The notes: generated by a model not told the origin, from the sequence alone. A stretch of DNA of 64,000 nt from Dehalococcoidia bacterium (GCA_965219085.1 OZ244720.1:1504001-1568000); one strand, 5' to 3'. Shown: positions 47,948 through 58,835, counted from the first letter of the stretch. Program-made: numbers and translations.

Positions 47948-48951
47948 TGACGCGTGTTGTCCTCGACGCCATGGGCGGCGACCTCGCGCCGCAGGCCACG
48001 GTCGCCGGCGGCGTCGCCGCCGCGCGTGACGGCGTCAGCGTGGTACTCGTCGGCGTCGAGGAGCAGCTGCGCGCCGAGCTCGCCCGGATCGAGGAGCCGA
48101 CGCCCAACATCGAGGTCGTACACGCGCCCGAGGTCGTGGCGATGGGCGACCACGACGCGCGGACGGCGCTGCGGCGTCGCGACACCTCGATCGCCGTGGG
48201 CCTGGAACTGGTGCGCGACGGTGCGGCCGACGCGTTCATCTCCGCCGGCAACACCGGCGCCGTGCTCGCGGTCTCGCTCGTGCGGCTGGGGCGGCTGCCG
48301 GGCATCGAACGCCCGGCGATCGGCGTCGTAATCCCCACGCCGAAGGGGCCGCTGCTGCTGCTCGACGCGGGCGCGAACGCGGAGGCGCGGCCCGCGCACC
48401 TGCTACAGTGGGCGCGCCTCGGCTCCTCCTACATGCGCACCACGAGCGGGCTCGCCGCGCCCAGGGTCGGGCTGCTCAACATCGGCGAGGAGGCGACGAA
48501 AGGCTCGCAGGTGACGGTGGAGGCGCACGAGCTGCTGTCGGCGTCGGGCCTCAACTTCACGGGCAACATCGAGGGCCGCGACCTGCCATCGCATGGCGCG
48601 GACGTGGTGGTGGCGGACGGCTTCACGGGCAACGTCGTGCTCAAACTCGCCGAGGGGTTGAGCTCGATGCTCTTCGAGGAGCTGCGCGACGCCGCCTCGA
48701 CATCCCTGCGAGCGCGCATCGGCGGCCTGCTGATACGCCCGGCGGCGCGGCGCATGCGCGACCGCCTGGACTACCGCATCTACGGCGCGGCCCCGCTGCT
48801 CGGGCTGCAGGGCACGGTGTACATCGCGCACGGCGCGAGTGACGCGCGCGCCATCGCCAACGCGATCCGCAGCGCCGACGCGGCGGCATCCGCGGGGATC
48901 GTCGACGCGCTGCGCGCTGCGGCGGCCGAGGGGGATCAGGCGGCCTCGTAG
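47947..48951 (+). CDS. plsX: Phosphate acyltransferase PlsX
   Basis: DAMGGD.AP, SAGNTGA, LD.GAN, LNIGEE..KG, DGFTGNV.LK. Confidence 0.97.
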   Translation: MTRVVLDAMGGDLAPQATVAGGVAAARDGVSVVLVGVEEQLRAELARIEEPTPNIEVVHAPEVVAMGDHDARTALRRRDTSIAVGLELVRDGAADAFISAGNTGAVLAVSLVRLGRLPGIERPAIGVVIPTPKGPLLLLDAGANAEARPAHLLQWARLGSSYMRTTSGLAAPRVGLLNIGEEATKGSQVTVEAHELLSASGLNFTGNIEGRDLPSHGADVVVADGFTGNVVLKLAEGLSSMLFEELRDAASTSLRARIGGLLIRPAARRMRDRLDYRIYGAAPLLGLQGTVYIAHGASDARAIANAIRSADAAASAGIVDALRAAAAEGDQAAS

Positions 48952-48973
48952 GTCCCGGTGCTGGCGGCGACGG

Positions 48974-49303
48974 TCAGGGCACGGGCTGTTCCCGGGGCTC
49001 GTCGCCCGCCTCGTCGGCGGGGGCGAAGCCGGCCGCGCCGGGGGCGAAGCGCCACCACAGCTTCATCGAGTCCCGCAGCTGCGCGATGCGCTCGGGGCTG
49101 TCGTCCTCGGCGAGGCAGCGTTCGAGGTGCGTGTCGAGGATGAGCGCACCGGCGGTGTCGATGCCGGAGCGCACGGCCATGAGCTGCGTGACGATGTCCT
49201 CGCAGGCGCGCTCGTTTTCGAGCATGCGGGCGATGCCGCGGATCTGGCCCTCGATGCGACGCAGGCGTGCGCTGACCTGGTCCGGGGTTGCCGAGTCGTT
49301 CAT
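48974..49303 (-). CDS. CsoR/RcnR family repressor
   Basis: RLRRIEGQIRGI..M, C34, H59xxxC63. Confidence 0.92.
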   Translation of the reverse strand: MNDSATPDQVSARLRRIEGQIRGIARMLENERACEDIVTQLMAVRSGIDTAGALILDTHLERCLAEDDSPERIAQLRDSMKLWWRFAPGAAGFAPADEAGDEPREQPVP

Positions 49304-49333
49304 GGCTGCGTCCCCGCGCTGCTGCTGCTCTCG

Positions 49334-49390
49334 TTGACATACCCCACTGGGGTATATAGAATCCTATGTGTCCGGCAGGTGCCTTGTCAA
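49334..49390. promoter_or_regulatory. Overlapping divergent promoters with a CsoR-type operator
   Basis: + strand TTGACA-N17-TAGAAT (49334-49362); - strand TTGACA-N18-TAGGAT (49390-49361); operator ATACCCC-ACT-GGGGTAT at 49339-49355. Confidence 0.85.
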
Positions 49391-49593
49391 CGCGCAGTCG
49401 GCGTGGACGGGCGGGGTGCGGAGCCGGATCGAGGTCCGGGTGCGGCGAGCGGCGGCGCGTTCGGGCAGGGCTCCCCGGGATGACGTTTCCGGGTAGCAGT
49501 ACCCCCGGAGTAGCGGGGTCAAGCCGATCTTTGCTAGGTTGCGCGCGGCGCGGCGATACGATCGCCGGGCCCGCCAGTGCGAAAGGAATCCCA

Positions 49594-49920
49594 ATGGCAG
49601 CACCGACCAACACTTCCGACACCACCTTCAGCGCTGACGTGCTCGATCACGACACCCCGGTCCTGGTCGACTTCTGGGCCCCCTGGTGCGGCCCGTGCCG
49701 CATGGTCGCCCCCATCGTCGAGGAGCTCGCCGAGGACTACGACGGCCGCGTCAAGTTCGTGAAGCTCAACACGGACGAGAACCCGATGGTCGCCGGCCAG
49801 TACGGCATCCGCTCGATCCCCACGCTGCTCGTCTTCAAGGGCGGCGAGAAGGTCGGCGAGATCATCGGCTTCCGCCCCAAGGGCGACCTCTCCAAGCGCC
49901 TCGACGACGCGCTCGCCTAG
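49594..49920 (+). CDS. trxA: Thioredoxin
   Basis: [18 protein letters not shown]; AAAGGA SD. Confidence 0.97.
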   Translation: MAAPTNTSDTTFSADVLDHDTPVLVDFWAPWCGPCRMVAPIVEELAEDYDGRVKFVKLNTDENPMVAGQYGIRSIPTLLVFKGGEKVGEIIGFRPKGDLSKRLDDALA

Positions 49921-49988
49921 CCGGTTACCGGCTCCTCGCCCTTGCGGCCGCCCGGCGGCCACAGGTCGGCCGGGACAGGCGAAGCACC

Positions 49989-50019
49989 AGCCGCGGCTTG
50001 CATTGCAGTCCGCGGCTTT
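49989..50019 (+). terminator. Probable terminator after trxA
   Basis: AGCCGCGG...CCGCGGCT followed by TT. Confidence 0.45.
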
Positions 50020-50169
50020 CGTGTGTCCGGCGCCTCTGGTCGTCGCGCCCGCGGTCGTCGGGCTGGTGGGCGTCGGGTCGGCGGGCGTTGAGGCACACAC
50101 GCACGGACCGCGGCCGGGGGGCCGCGGTCCTTCGCGTGTCGACCGTGGTGGGGCTGGACCCCGGGGTCG

Positions 50170-50610
50170 TTACTTGCGGATGGTGCGGCCCTGCTTCTCC
50201 TCGAGGCGGGCGAGGGCGCGCCCCTTGTCGGGGTGCGGGTCCTTCACGAGGCCGTAGATCTCGCGGCCTTCGTGGTCTGCTGGGAGGTACTCGGTGATGG
50301 GAAGACCTTCCTCATTACAGAAGAGCAGTCAGTGGCAGTACTTGAACTTCTGCATCTCCTCGCAGGCGCAGATCCACGTCGAGCGTGTGACCTCCTCCTG
50401 CTTGTCGTCGTAGAAGTTGCAGGGGCAGAGCGGGCGCCCGAGGTCGTCGACGTGCTTGGCGAGGCCGATCACGAGGAACTCGGTGATCTCGCGCTGGGGG
50501 TGCAGGTACGAGCCGCTCTTCTCGGCGAACTTCTCGACGAACTTCCACATCCGGTTCAGCGACTTCTCCGACGCCTCCGCGCGGTCGGCGTCGGTTGGCT
50601 GTTCGAGCAC
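50170..50610 (-). CDS. Ferredoxin:thioredoxin reductase catalytic subunit, selenoprotein (in-frame UGA at 50331-50329)
   Basis: CPC / CAC / CH-U motifs; frame stays open after TGA (LLFCNEEGLPITEYLPADHEGREIYGLVKDP...RK) to TAA at 50172-50170; SECIS-like hairpin; tRNA-Sec nearby. Confidence 0.88.
50294..50318 (-). promoter_or_regulatory. Bacterial SECIS element
   Basis: GUAAUG-A-GGAA-GGUC-UUCC-CAUCAC starting 10 nt after UGA; G in apical loop; locally A/T-ending codons. Confidence 0.75.
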
Positions 50611-50729
50611 GGTCAGGCTCCCGCCCGTTGCTGCGTGCGTGGTGGCCGGGTCAGCGTATCACGGCGCCCGCACTGGCACCCCGCGCTTCGAGGGGGCGGC
50701 GCGAGGCGCGACACGTGATGGACAAAACG

Positions 50730-50896
50730 GATGGGCCGCGCGGAGTGGCTTGCGGATCGGTCCGCCGAAGCAAGCAGACGGGCCGCGCAGGGTGGCTTGA
50801 GGGGCGGTCCGCTGAGGCAAGCAGACGGGCCGCGCGGTGTGGCTTGAGGGGCGGTCCGCCGAGGCAAGCAGACGGGCCACCCGAGGGCGGCCCGTC
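50730..50896. repeat. 3 x 47-bp tandem repeat plus the groEL terminator hairpin
   Basis: Units 50730-50776, 50777-50823, 50824-50870; hairpin GACGGGCCACCC-GA-GGGCGGCCCGTC at 50871-50896. Confidence 0.9.
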
Positions 50897-50923
50897 CGTG
50901 TGCTCGAACGATGCGCTGCGAGG

Positions 50924-52618
<1,695 letters not shown>

Positions 52619-52630
52619 GCTGGACTGCTC

Positions 52631-52930
52631 CTAGCCGTCGACGAGCTTCGCGAGGACGTCCGAGAAGCGGATGATGATGTAGTCCTCGTTCTCGACGTTG
52701 ATCTCCTGGCCCGTGTACTTCTGGTAGAGGACCCGGTCACCGGCGCCGAGGTCGATGGTCTCGACGACGCCTGCTTCGTTCATCTTGCCGGGGCCGACGG
52801 AGACGACGTTGCCGTGCTGGGGCTTCTCCTTCGCGGACTCGGGGATGACGAGCCCGGAGGCGGTCATCTCGTCTTCCTCGACGGACTGCAGCACGATGTG
52901 ATCGGTGAGCGGGACGACTGACGTTGCCAA
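52631..52930 (-). CDS. groS: Co-chaperonin GroES
   Basis: PL.D, TASGLVIPESAKEKPQ.G.VV.VGPG. Confidence 0.96.
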   Translation of the reverse strand: MATSVVPLTDHIVLQSVEEDEMTASGLVIPESAKEKPQHGNVVSVGPGKMNEAGVVETIDLGAGDRVLYQKYTGQEINVENEDYIIIRFSDVLAKLVDG

Positions 52931-53071
52931 GTTCGGTTACCTCCCCATTTGCCTGTCTTGCCTGCCTGGCTGGTATCCGCCGCCGCGGGACCGGAGCCGG
53001 CCTGACATGCTCGCGTCTCCTCCTCGGCCGCGACGTCCCGTCGCGCCCGCACCGCTGCGGCGAACGGTAGC

Positions 53072-53098
53072 TTAGCACTCTATATGGGAGAGTGCCAG
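53072..53098. promoter_or_regulatory. CIRCE element (HrcA operator)
   Basis: TTAGCACTC-N9-GAGTGCCAG upstream of groES. Confidence 0.92.
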
Positions 53099-53126
53099 CG
53101 CCCCACACGCTCACGACGGCGAACGG

Positions 53127-53150
53127 ATCGTACACGAATTCGTGTACGAT
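53127..53150. promoter_or_regulatory. Perfect 24-bp palindrome, probable XRE operator overlapping a -10 box
   Basis: ATCGTACACGAA|TTCGTGTACGAT; TACGAT 7 nt before ATG 53158. Confidence 0.75.
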
Positions 53151-53157
53151 GGAGGGC

Positions 53158-53427
53158 ATGAGCGAGCAGGCCGGCGAGTACGGGGCCGGACAGCCACGCG
53201 GCGAGGAGTGGGCAAGCGGGCGGCGCGTGCGCCGGCTGCGCCGCCACCTCGGCGAGACGCAGGCGGCGTTCGCGGACCGCCTCGGCACGAACCAGCAGAC
53301 GGTGTCGGAGTGGGAGCGCGGCGCGCGCCAGCCGCGGCGCATGGCGCGGCGCCTGCTGCACCTCGTCGCCGAGCAGGCCGGCTACTACGACGCCAGCGAC
53401 GGCGCCGCCGCCGCCGAGGACGTGTAG
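53158..53427 (+). CDS. XRE-family HTH regulator
   Basis: VRRLRRHLGETQAAFADRLGTNQQTVSEWERG. Confidence 0.88.
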   Translation: MSEQAGEYGAGQPRGEEWASGRRVRRLRRHLGETQAAFADRLGTNQQTVSEWERGARQPRRMARRLLHLVAEQAGYYDASDGAAAAEDV

Positions 53428-53431
53428 GCGC

Positions 53432-54538
53432 GTGGTCACCACCGTCCCCCCGCCGCGCGCCGTCGCCCGCACCGCCGCTCCGCTGCGGGAGCGGGAGCTC
53501 GTTGCGCTGTGGCTGCTCGGGCGCGTGCCGGCGGAGCTGCTGCCGTGGCCGCTGCTGCGCGCGGGTCGCGCCGGGCGCGGGCCCGGGCCGGACGTGCGCG
53601 AGGCCGCGTTCGCGGGCCCGGACGGCGTGGTGCTGTGCGGGGACGTCGAGGTCCACCTCGCGGCCAGTGACTTCGTGCACCACGGCCACCTCGCCGACCC
53701 GGCGTACGCGGGCGTCGTGCTGCACCTCGTGTGGGCGGACGACCGGGCGCTGCGCGGCACGCCGCAACCGCTCCCCGGGGGCGCGAGCGCGCCGGCGGTG
53801 GAGGTCGGGCCGGCGCTGGGCCGGGACCCGGATCGCCTGCGGCGGCTGCTGCGGCGGGGGCCGCGCGGCGCGGAGCCATGCGCCGCCGCGTCGCGGGCGC
53901 GCGGGATCGCGGCCACCTCGGAGCTCGTGCGCGCGGAGGGCCGGCGTCGGCTCGCCGAACGCGCGTGGCGCGCCGCCGAACTCGCCGCGGAGCACGGCTG
54001 GGACGGCGCGTGGGACGTGCTGCTGGACGGCGCGCTGCACGGCAGCGCCGGACGCCGTCGCGAGACCCCGGAGGAGCGCGCCGGGCTCGCGGCGCGGCTC
54101 AGTGCAACGCTGTGCTCCCCTGCACGCGGGGATACCCCGTGTCTTCCTTCCCGCGGGGATACCCCGCGGGGGCCGGACGTGCTGCGCGCCCTGCGCGGGC
54201 ACGCCCTGGACGGCGGGGCGCGGCCGCGCGCACTGATCGCGGCGCTCCGCGGCGAGGGCGCGGTCGGCCCGGGCCGCGCCGCCGAGCTGGGCTGGAACGC
54301 CGCGCTGCCGCTGCTCGCCGCCGCGGCCGCCGCCTACGACGACGCCCCCCTCGCGCGCGCCACGGCGGATCTCGCCGAACGCTGGCCGGCGCCGCGTCCC
54401 TACGGCCGCACGCGCGCGCTCGCGGGCCTGCTCGGCCCGCCGCCGCGCGGCGCCGGCGCGCAGCACGCGCAAGGCCTGCTCCACCTCCAGGACCTGTGGT
54501 GCGAACGCGGCGGCTGCGGGACCTGTCCGGTCTCATAG
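53432..54538 (+). CDS. DUF2851-like protein
   Basis: GPD...GDVEVH..ASDF..HGH..DPAY..V.LH.VW; C-terminal QGLLHL...C....C..CP. Confidence 0.75.
   Translation: MVTTVPPPRAVARTAAPLRERELVALWLLGRVPAELLPWPLLRAGRAGRGPGPDVREAAFAGPDGVVLCGDVEVHLAASDFVHHGHLADPAYAGVVLHLVWADDRALRGTPQPLPGGASAPAVEVGPALGRDPDRLRRLLRRGPRGAEPCAAASRARGIAATSELVRAEGRRRLAERAWRAAELAAEHGWDGAWDVLLDGALHGSAGRRRETPEERAGLAARLSATLCSPARGDTPCLPSRGDTPRGPDVLRALRGHALDGGARPRALIAALRGEGAVGPGRAAELGWNAALPLLAAAAAAYDDAPLARATADLAERWPAPRPYGRTRALAGLLGPPPRGAGAQHAQGLLHLQDLWCERGGCGTCPVS
54113..54170 (+). repeat. Two in-frame 27-nt units carrying GCGGGGATACCCCG
   Basis: TGCTCCCCTGCACGCGGGGATACCCCG and TGTCTTCCTTCCCGCGGGGATACCCCG (CSPARGDTP/CLPSRGDTP). Confidence 0.85.
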
Positions 54539-54807
54539 CAGGATTGGCCTCGCGTGGGTCGATGAGGTGGGGACCGTGATCATGCATGGACTGCACGGTC
54601 GTTGAGCGCCCGGCGGCGACAGCCGCTCTTTGCTGGAGGGGCCTCGGCCCAACCTGCGACGGCAAGGCGCTGCGTCTGTTTCGCCCACCCCGTCATTGAG
54701 GATCCGGGTCCGGGTGCCCCTTGTGCCTGGGAGTGGCGCTGCCTGACGGCCTCGGCGACTCGTGCGCGAACTGACGCCCTCGGCGGCTGGGGCCGTAGAA
54801 TCAGCGC

Positions 54808-54904
54808 GGGAGTGGATGGTGTCCGGTGGCGCCCGCGGTCTTCAAAACCGTTGTGGGGCTGCGTCGCAGTCCCGGGTGGGTTCGACCCCCACGCACTCCC
54901 GCCA
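54808..54904 (+). tRNA. selC: tRNA-Sec (UCA)
   Basis: CT-TCA-AA anticodon loop, 6-bp D-stem with 4-nt loop, long variable arm, GTGGG-TTCGACC-CCCAC T-arm, GCCA end; TAGAAT -10 upstream. Confidence 0.95.
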
Positions 54905-55018
54905 GGCGGCACTGCTGCCCTCTTGCAGGAGTTGGGCTGGCCGTGCGACGGGTCGGAGAGTGCTTGGTCGGCTGGTTGCGCGCCCACCGATCGAGCAGCG
55001 GCGCAGCCGGGCACACGT

Positions 55019-56008
55019 CTACGAGTTCGAAGCGGAGTCCTGTGGCAGCGCTCCAAAGATACGATGCGCAAGCGTGTTGAGCTCTGTCAGTTCATCACGC
55101 GTCGCGTCGCCTCGGTGTGTCGCCGCGATTGCTATCTCGGACACCGCCACGTGGTCCTTGTTCGCGGGATCGTAGTCGGGGAGATCCACGTATTCGGCTA
55201 CGCTCACGCCGAGAGACAGTTGGGATGCATAGGCGCCGATGGCGTCTGCCGCGACTGGTGCATTGAGCAGCCCCGCAATGAACGAGGCCGGCCGTTCTTC
55301 GTCAAACGGAATGAAAATGAAGTAGAGCTTGTGGTCCGGAATCACCGGGCGCCTGCCCAACCCTTTGATATCAACCGGGCCAGCCAGGGCGGCGATGAAC
55401 CTCCCGCCACTCATCTCCCTCCAAACAACCTTTGTAGGGGCTGAAGGTGTAGGGCCCCGTCGACCATAGCGACCAGTAGGGTTGGCCTCTTTGGTCACGC
55501 CGGTAGCTCCCTCGAGCTTCCAGGTGAGAGCGGAAGGCCGAAAGGAACTTGTGCATACCTGGGCTGTTGGCGGGCAAGTCAGGATCTCCATGCATCCCTC
55601 GTTGAGGTACGAGCACTTGCAGGTCCTCGTCTGTCTTGGCTTGGAATCGAGATACGCCGCGTCCCCGAAGTAGTGGGAACACGTGCTCCGCTTCAACCTG
55701 TCCCGTGCGTCGTGCAACTCCCTTCGTGCGTCCGGCGCTCGGCTCGTTGGTAACGGTTGCAACGCCGTTATCAATCCCGTCGACGCGCACCCAATAGATT
55801 CCATTGCGGTCCGTCGTGATCCCTTTCCGGGCCCGGTAGCTTGTCTTACCAGCGCCGAAGACAGACTTCCATAGAACCAGATCGGATTGCGAGCCGCGCA
55901 GCCATGGGCCTGCGTCTGAACCTGGAACCGGCTCGGCGAAGTAGACGGTGGCAGTGGTTGTCTCCGACAGGCGCAAACCCGATGCGACCGATGCAATCAC
56001 AGCGTCGC
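55019..56008 (-). pseudogene. C-terminal (specificity) fragment of a type IIG restriction-modification enzyme, frameshifted near 55432
   Basis: FPLLRGR...GPYTFSPYK|VVWREMS...IPDHKLYFI...GLLN split across two frames; lower GC. Confidence 0.7.
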
Positions 56009-56086
56009 TGACCTGACCCCTTGAAACGGGACCACCGTTGATGAGAGTCCTTTGGCCCATGAAAGTGGGTGGAGGAGGACATCACG

Positions 56087-56365
56087 GTGAAACGACGCAG
56101 GCACACGCCCGAGCAGATCGTGCGGAAGCTGCGCGAGGTGGAGCGGCTGCTCGGTGAGGGGCAGACGATCGCCGAGGCGGCGAAGCAGGTCGAGATCTCG
56201 GAGCAGACCTACCACCGCTGGCGCAACCAGTACGGCGGGATGAAGGCCGACGACGCCAAACGGCTGCGCGAGCTGGAGCGCGAGAACGCCCGGCTGAAGC
56301 GGATCGTCGCCGACAAGGAACTCGAGATCGACGCGCTCAAGGAGATCGCCCGGGGAAACTGGTAA
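56087..56365 (+). CDS. IS3 transposase OrfA
   Basis: RRHTPEQIVRKLRE HTH plus leucine zipper; G-GGA-AAC -1 slippery site at 56353-56359. Confidence 0.93.
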   Translation: MKRRRHTPEQIVRKLREVERLLGEGQTIAEAAKQVEISEQTYHRWRNQYGGMKADDAKRLRELERENARLKRIVADKELEIDALKEIARGNW

Positions 56366-57219
56366 GCCCGTCGCGCCGGCGCGAGGCAGTCTGCATGTTG
56401 CAGGACCGCCTCGAGTTGTCGGAACGGCGGGCATGCCGGGTCACCGGCCAGCACCGCTCCACACAGCGCCGCCTCCCGGTGCGCGGCCGCGGCGACGACG
56501 CGCTGCGCGCGGAACTCCACGCCTTCTCGCGTGGCCACCCCCGCTGGGGCTACCGCCGGGCCTGGGCGACCTTACGCGAGGAGGGATGGGGCGTGAATCG
56601 CAAGCGGGTGCAACGGCTCTGGCGTGAAGAAGGGCTGCGCGTCCCGGTGAAATGGCGCAAGCGTCAGCGCCTGGGGGACTCGGCGGTGCCCGCCGCCAGG
56701 CTGCGCGCTGAGCGGCCGAACCACGTCTGGGCGCTGGACTTCCAGTTCGACCAGACCGCGGACGGGCGGGTCCTGAAGCTGCTCAACATCGTCGACGAGC
56801 ACACACGGGAGGCGCTGGCGATCGTGGCCGCCAGGAGCATCAACGCCGACGCCACGGCCTCAACGCTCGACGGGATCGTCGCCCGGCGCGGGACGGCGCC
56901 TGGGTACATCCGTTGCGACAATGGGCCCGAGCTCACGGCCAACGCGCTGCGCGACTGGTGCCGGTTCAGCGGTACGGGCAGCAGCTACATCGAGCCCGGT
57001 GCGCCGTGGGAGAACCCGTACGTGGAGTCGTTCAACGGCCGGCTGCGCGACGAGTTCCTGCCGGTCGAGCAGTTCGACAGCCTGCTCGAGGCGCAGGTGC
57101 TGCTCGAGGACTGGCGGATCGAGTACAACACGAAGCGCCCGCATAGCAGCCTGGGCTGGCTCGCCCCGGCTGCCTACGCCGAGCGCTGGGAGACTCAGCT
57201 ACACGCTGGACTCTCATAA
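56356..57219 (+). CDS. IS3 transposase OrfB (DDE), expressed by -1 frameshift
   Basis: WALDF, RCDNGPEL, N.YVESFNGRLRDE. Confidence 0.95.
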   Translation, partial: KLVSPSRRREAVCMLQDRLELSERRACRVTGQHRSTQRRLPVRGRGDDALRAELHAFSRGHPRWGYRRAWATLREEGWGVNRKRVQRLWREEGLRVPVKWRKRQRLGDSAVPAARLRAERPNHVWALDFQFDQTADGRVLKLLNIVDEHTREALAIVAARSINADATASTLDGIVARRGTAPGYIRCDNGPELTANALRDWCRFSGTGSSYIEPGAPWENPYVESFNGRLRDEFLPVEQFDSLLEAQVLLEDWRIEYNTKRPHSSLGWLAPAAYAERWETQLHAGLS

Positions 57220-57248
57220 GCGGTGGACTCGCGAAGGGGGTCCGGTCA

Positions 57249-57581
57249 CTCCTCTGGCCTGCCTTCCTCCCGCGCGAGCAGTTGGCAGTACTCGACGGCT
57301 TGGGCGCGCGCGTGATCTAGTTGGGCCGAGCCTTCTCGGACGAGGCTGCGCGGCGACTCCTACTCGATGACCACAGCCCCGTGCGCGACGTCCAAGAATC
57401 GCGGCCGCCGCGGGTCGCCAGTCCTGAGGAGTTGGTCAAGTTGGAACGGAACCCAAGGGAGGCCTGTTTCCGACGCTGCCTTTGAGAGAGCGTTCTCGAT
57501 CTCATGCCTCAGCGTGGCCTCGTTGCTTGCGTGGGCTGTCGCATGCCCGACCGTACGGACAAGGTCAGTGACTGCGCTAAT
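57249..57581 (-). pseudogene. N-terminal nuclease fragment of the same type IIG R-M enzyme
   Basis: GGAGG SD then ATT; FLDVAHGAVVIE*ESP (TAG where Tyr is expected), AQAVEY motif; cut off by the IS. Confidence 0.65.
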
Positions 57582-57670
57582 GAGGATCCTCCCGTCGGCC
57601 GTGTCGCTACTGTGGGTATCGCGCGTGGGGTCAGTCGGTTTGATAGCGGCAGGTCGCGCGGCCAGCCAAC

Positions 57671-58753
57671 CTAGTTTGCCCTCCCGAGGCGATCCAGCAG
57701 GCCGTCCTCCCAGGCCCAGTCGAAGGGCTGCGACTCGTACAGGCCCTCTGAGCGGTACCACTCGTAGGTCTGCTCGACGGCCGAGCGGAACGTGTAGGCG
57801 GGCGCCCAGCCGACGTCGCGGTGGAGCCGCTCGATCGAGAACACCGTGTTCTCGTTCCAGCGATGGATGTACGGCGCCAAGCGCTGAATCATCTGCTGGA
57901 GGTACGGCAGGTTGCGCTGGCTCACAGGCGCGGTCACGGCGCCGAAGTTGCCCGGCTCCTCGGGGTCGTCGGCGAGCGGGATCTGGCCGTCGTAGACGGC
58001 GTCCATCGTGTCGGGCGGGATGAACACCTTGTCCGCCTCGACGCCGAGGATGTCGGCGAAGGTGTCGACGTAGCCCTCGTCGCTCCAGTAGTCGCGGCCG
58101 GTCAGGTTGTAGCGCTTGCCGTAGGTCTGCGGCTGCTGCATGAGCATGCGCATCGCGGTCGCCTCGTCGTCGACGTGGCCGATCTGGCTGAGCGTGGTGC
58201 CGTCGCCGGGGATGAGCACGGGCCGGCCCAGCAGCAGGCGGCTGAACATGCGCTGCTCGCGCACGGGGATGATGTTGTGCGGCCCGAACACCATCGAGAA
58301 CGGCACGATGGTGGCGGGGAAGCCGTTCTGGCGGTACTCGCGCAGCAGGATCGCCTCGCAGGCCAGCTTGTCGAGGCCGTACTGGGACTGCCGCTCGGTG
58401 CCGTCGACAGGCGAGCTCTCGCGGATCGGCAGCAGCTTCGTGGCGGCGTAGATCACGGTCGAGCTGGCGAAGATGTAGTGGCCGGTGCGGCCGCGGAAGA
58501 TGTCGACCATGCTCTCGACGTCGGCCGGGGTGTAGGCAGAGATGTCCTGGATGCAGTCGAACTCCTCGCCGGCGAAGACCTCGCGCATGCCGTCGTGGTC
58601 GGTGCGGTCGCCGTAGAGGCGGCGCACGCCGCGCGGCAGCGTCGCCTCGGTCTGGCCGCGGTTGAAGATCGTGACGTCGTGGCCGTGCCTGGCCAGCTCG
58701 TGGACGAGGGCGAGCCCGTTGAAGCGCGTCCCGCCCATCACCAGCACCTTCAT
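57671..58753 (-). CDS. NAD-dependent epimerase/dehydratase family protein
   Basis: VMGGTRFNG, FNRG, YGLDK, GH.DD.A. Confidence 0.9.
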   Translation of the reverse strand: MKVLVMGGTRFNGLALVHELARHGHDVTIFNRGQTEATLPRGVRRLYGDRTDHDGMREVFAGEEFDCIQDISAYTPADVESMVDIFRGRTGHYIFASSTVIYAATKLLPIRESSPVDGTERQSQYGLDKLACEAILLREYRQNGFPATIVPFSMVFGPHNIIPVREQRMFSRLLLGRPVLIPGDGTTLSQIGHVDDEATAMRMLMQQPQTYGKRYNLTGRDYWSDEGYVDTFADILGVEADKVFIPPDTMDAVYDGQIPLADDPEEPGNFGAVTAPVSQRNLPYLQQMIQRLAPYIHRWNENTVFSIERLHRDVGWAPAYTFRSAVEQTYEWYRSEGLYESQPFDWAWEDGLLDRLGRAN

Positions 58754-58805
58754 CGTGGCCTCCTTGCGTGTTGGGTGCGTGTCGTCTGGCGCTTGTGCCG
58801 TTAGC

Positions 58806-58835
58806 CGGTTTCCCTCAACGCGGGGATACCCCGCG
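58806..58835 (+). repeat. Third copy of the GCGGGGATACCCCG element
   Basis: CGGTTTCCCTCAACGCGGGGATACCCCGCG; supplies the last codons and stop of the hydrolase. Confidence 0.8.

Larger units (their letters stand above)
56009..57248 (+). mobile_element. IS3-family insertion sequence (1240 bp)
   Basis: TG...CA ends; imperfect IRs TGACCTGACCCCTT...ATGAGAGTCC / TGACCGGACCCCCTT...ATGAGAGTCC; no target duplication seen. Confidence 0.95.

Noticed and set aside
49499-49513. Third CsoR operator (TACCCCCGGAGTA)
   Set aside because: Different spacing and a mismatch; a weak secondary site is possible but unsupported.
50329-50610. FTR as a 93-aa truncated pseudogene
   Set aside because: UGA aligns with a catalytic Cys, and a SECIS-like hairpin and tRNA-Sec are present; Sec read-through explains it better.
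50730-50870. 47-bp repeats as a CRISPR array
   Set aside because: The whole unit repeats, with no unique spacers and no cas genes.
54112-54170. True CRISPR array at the I-E-like repeats
   Set aside because: Only two abutting degenerate units with no spacer or leader; reported as a dispersed element instead.
57360-57362. TAG read-through (pyrrolysine) in the R-M fragment
   Set aside because: The gene has other lesions and no pyl genes are visible; a simple nonsense mutation is more likely.
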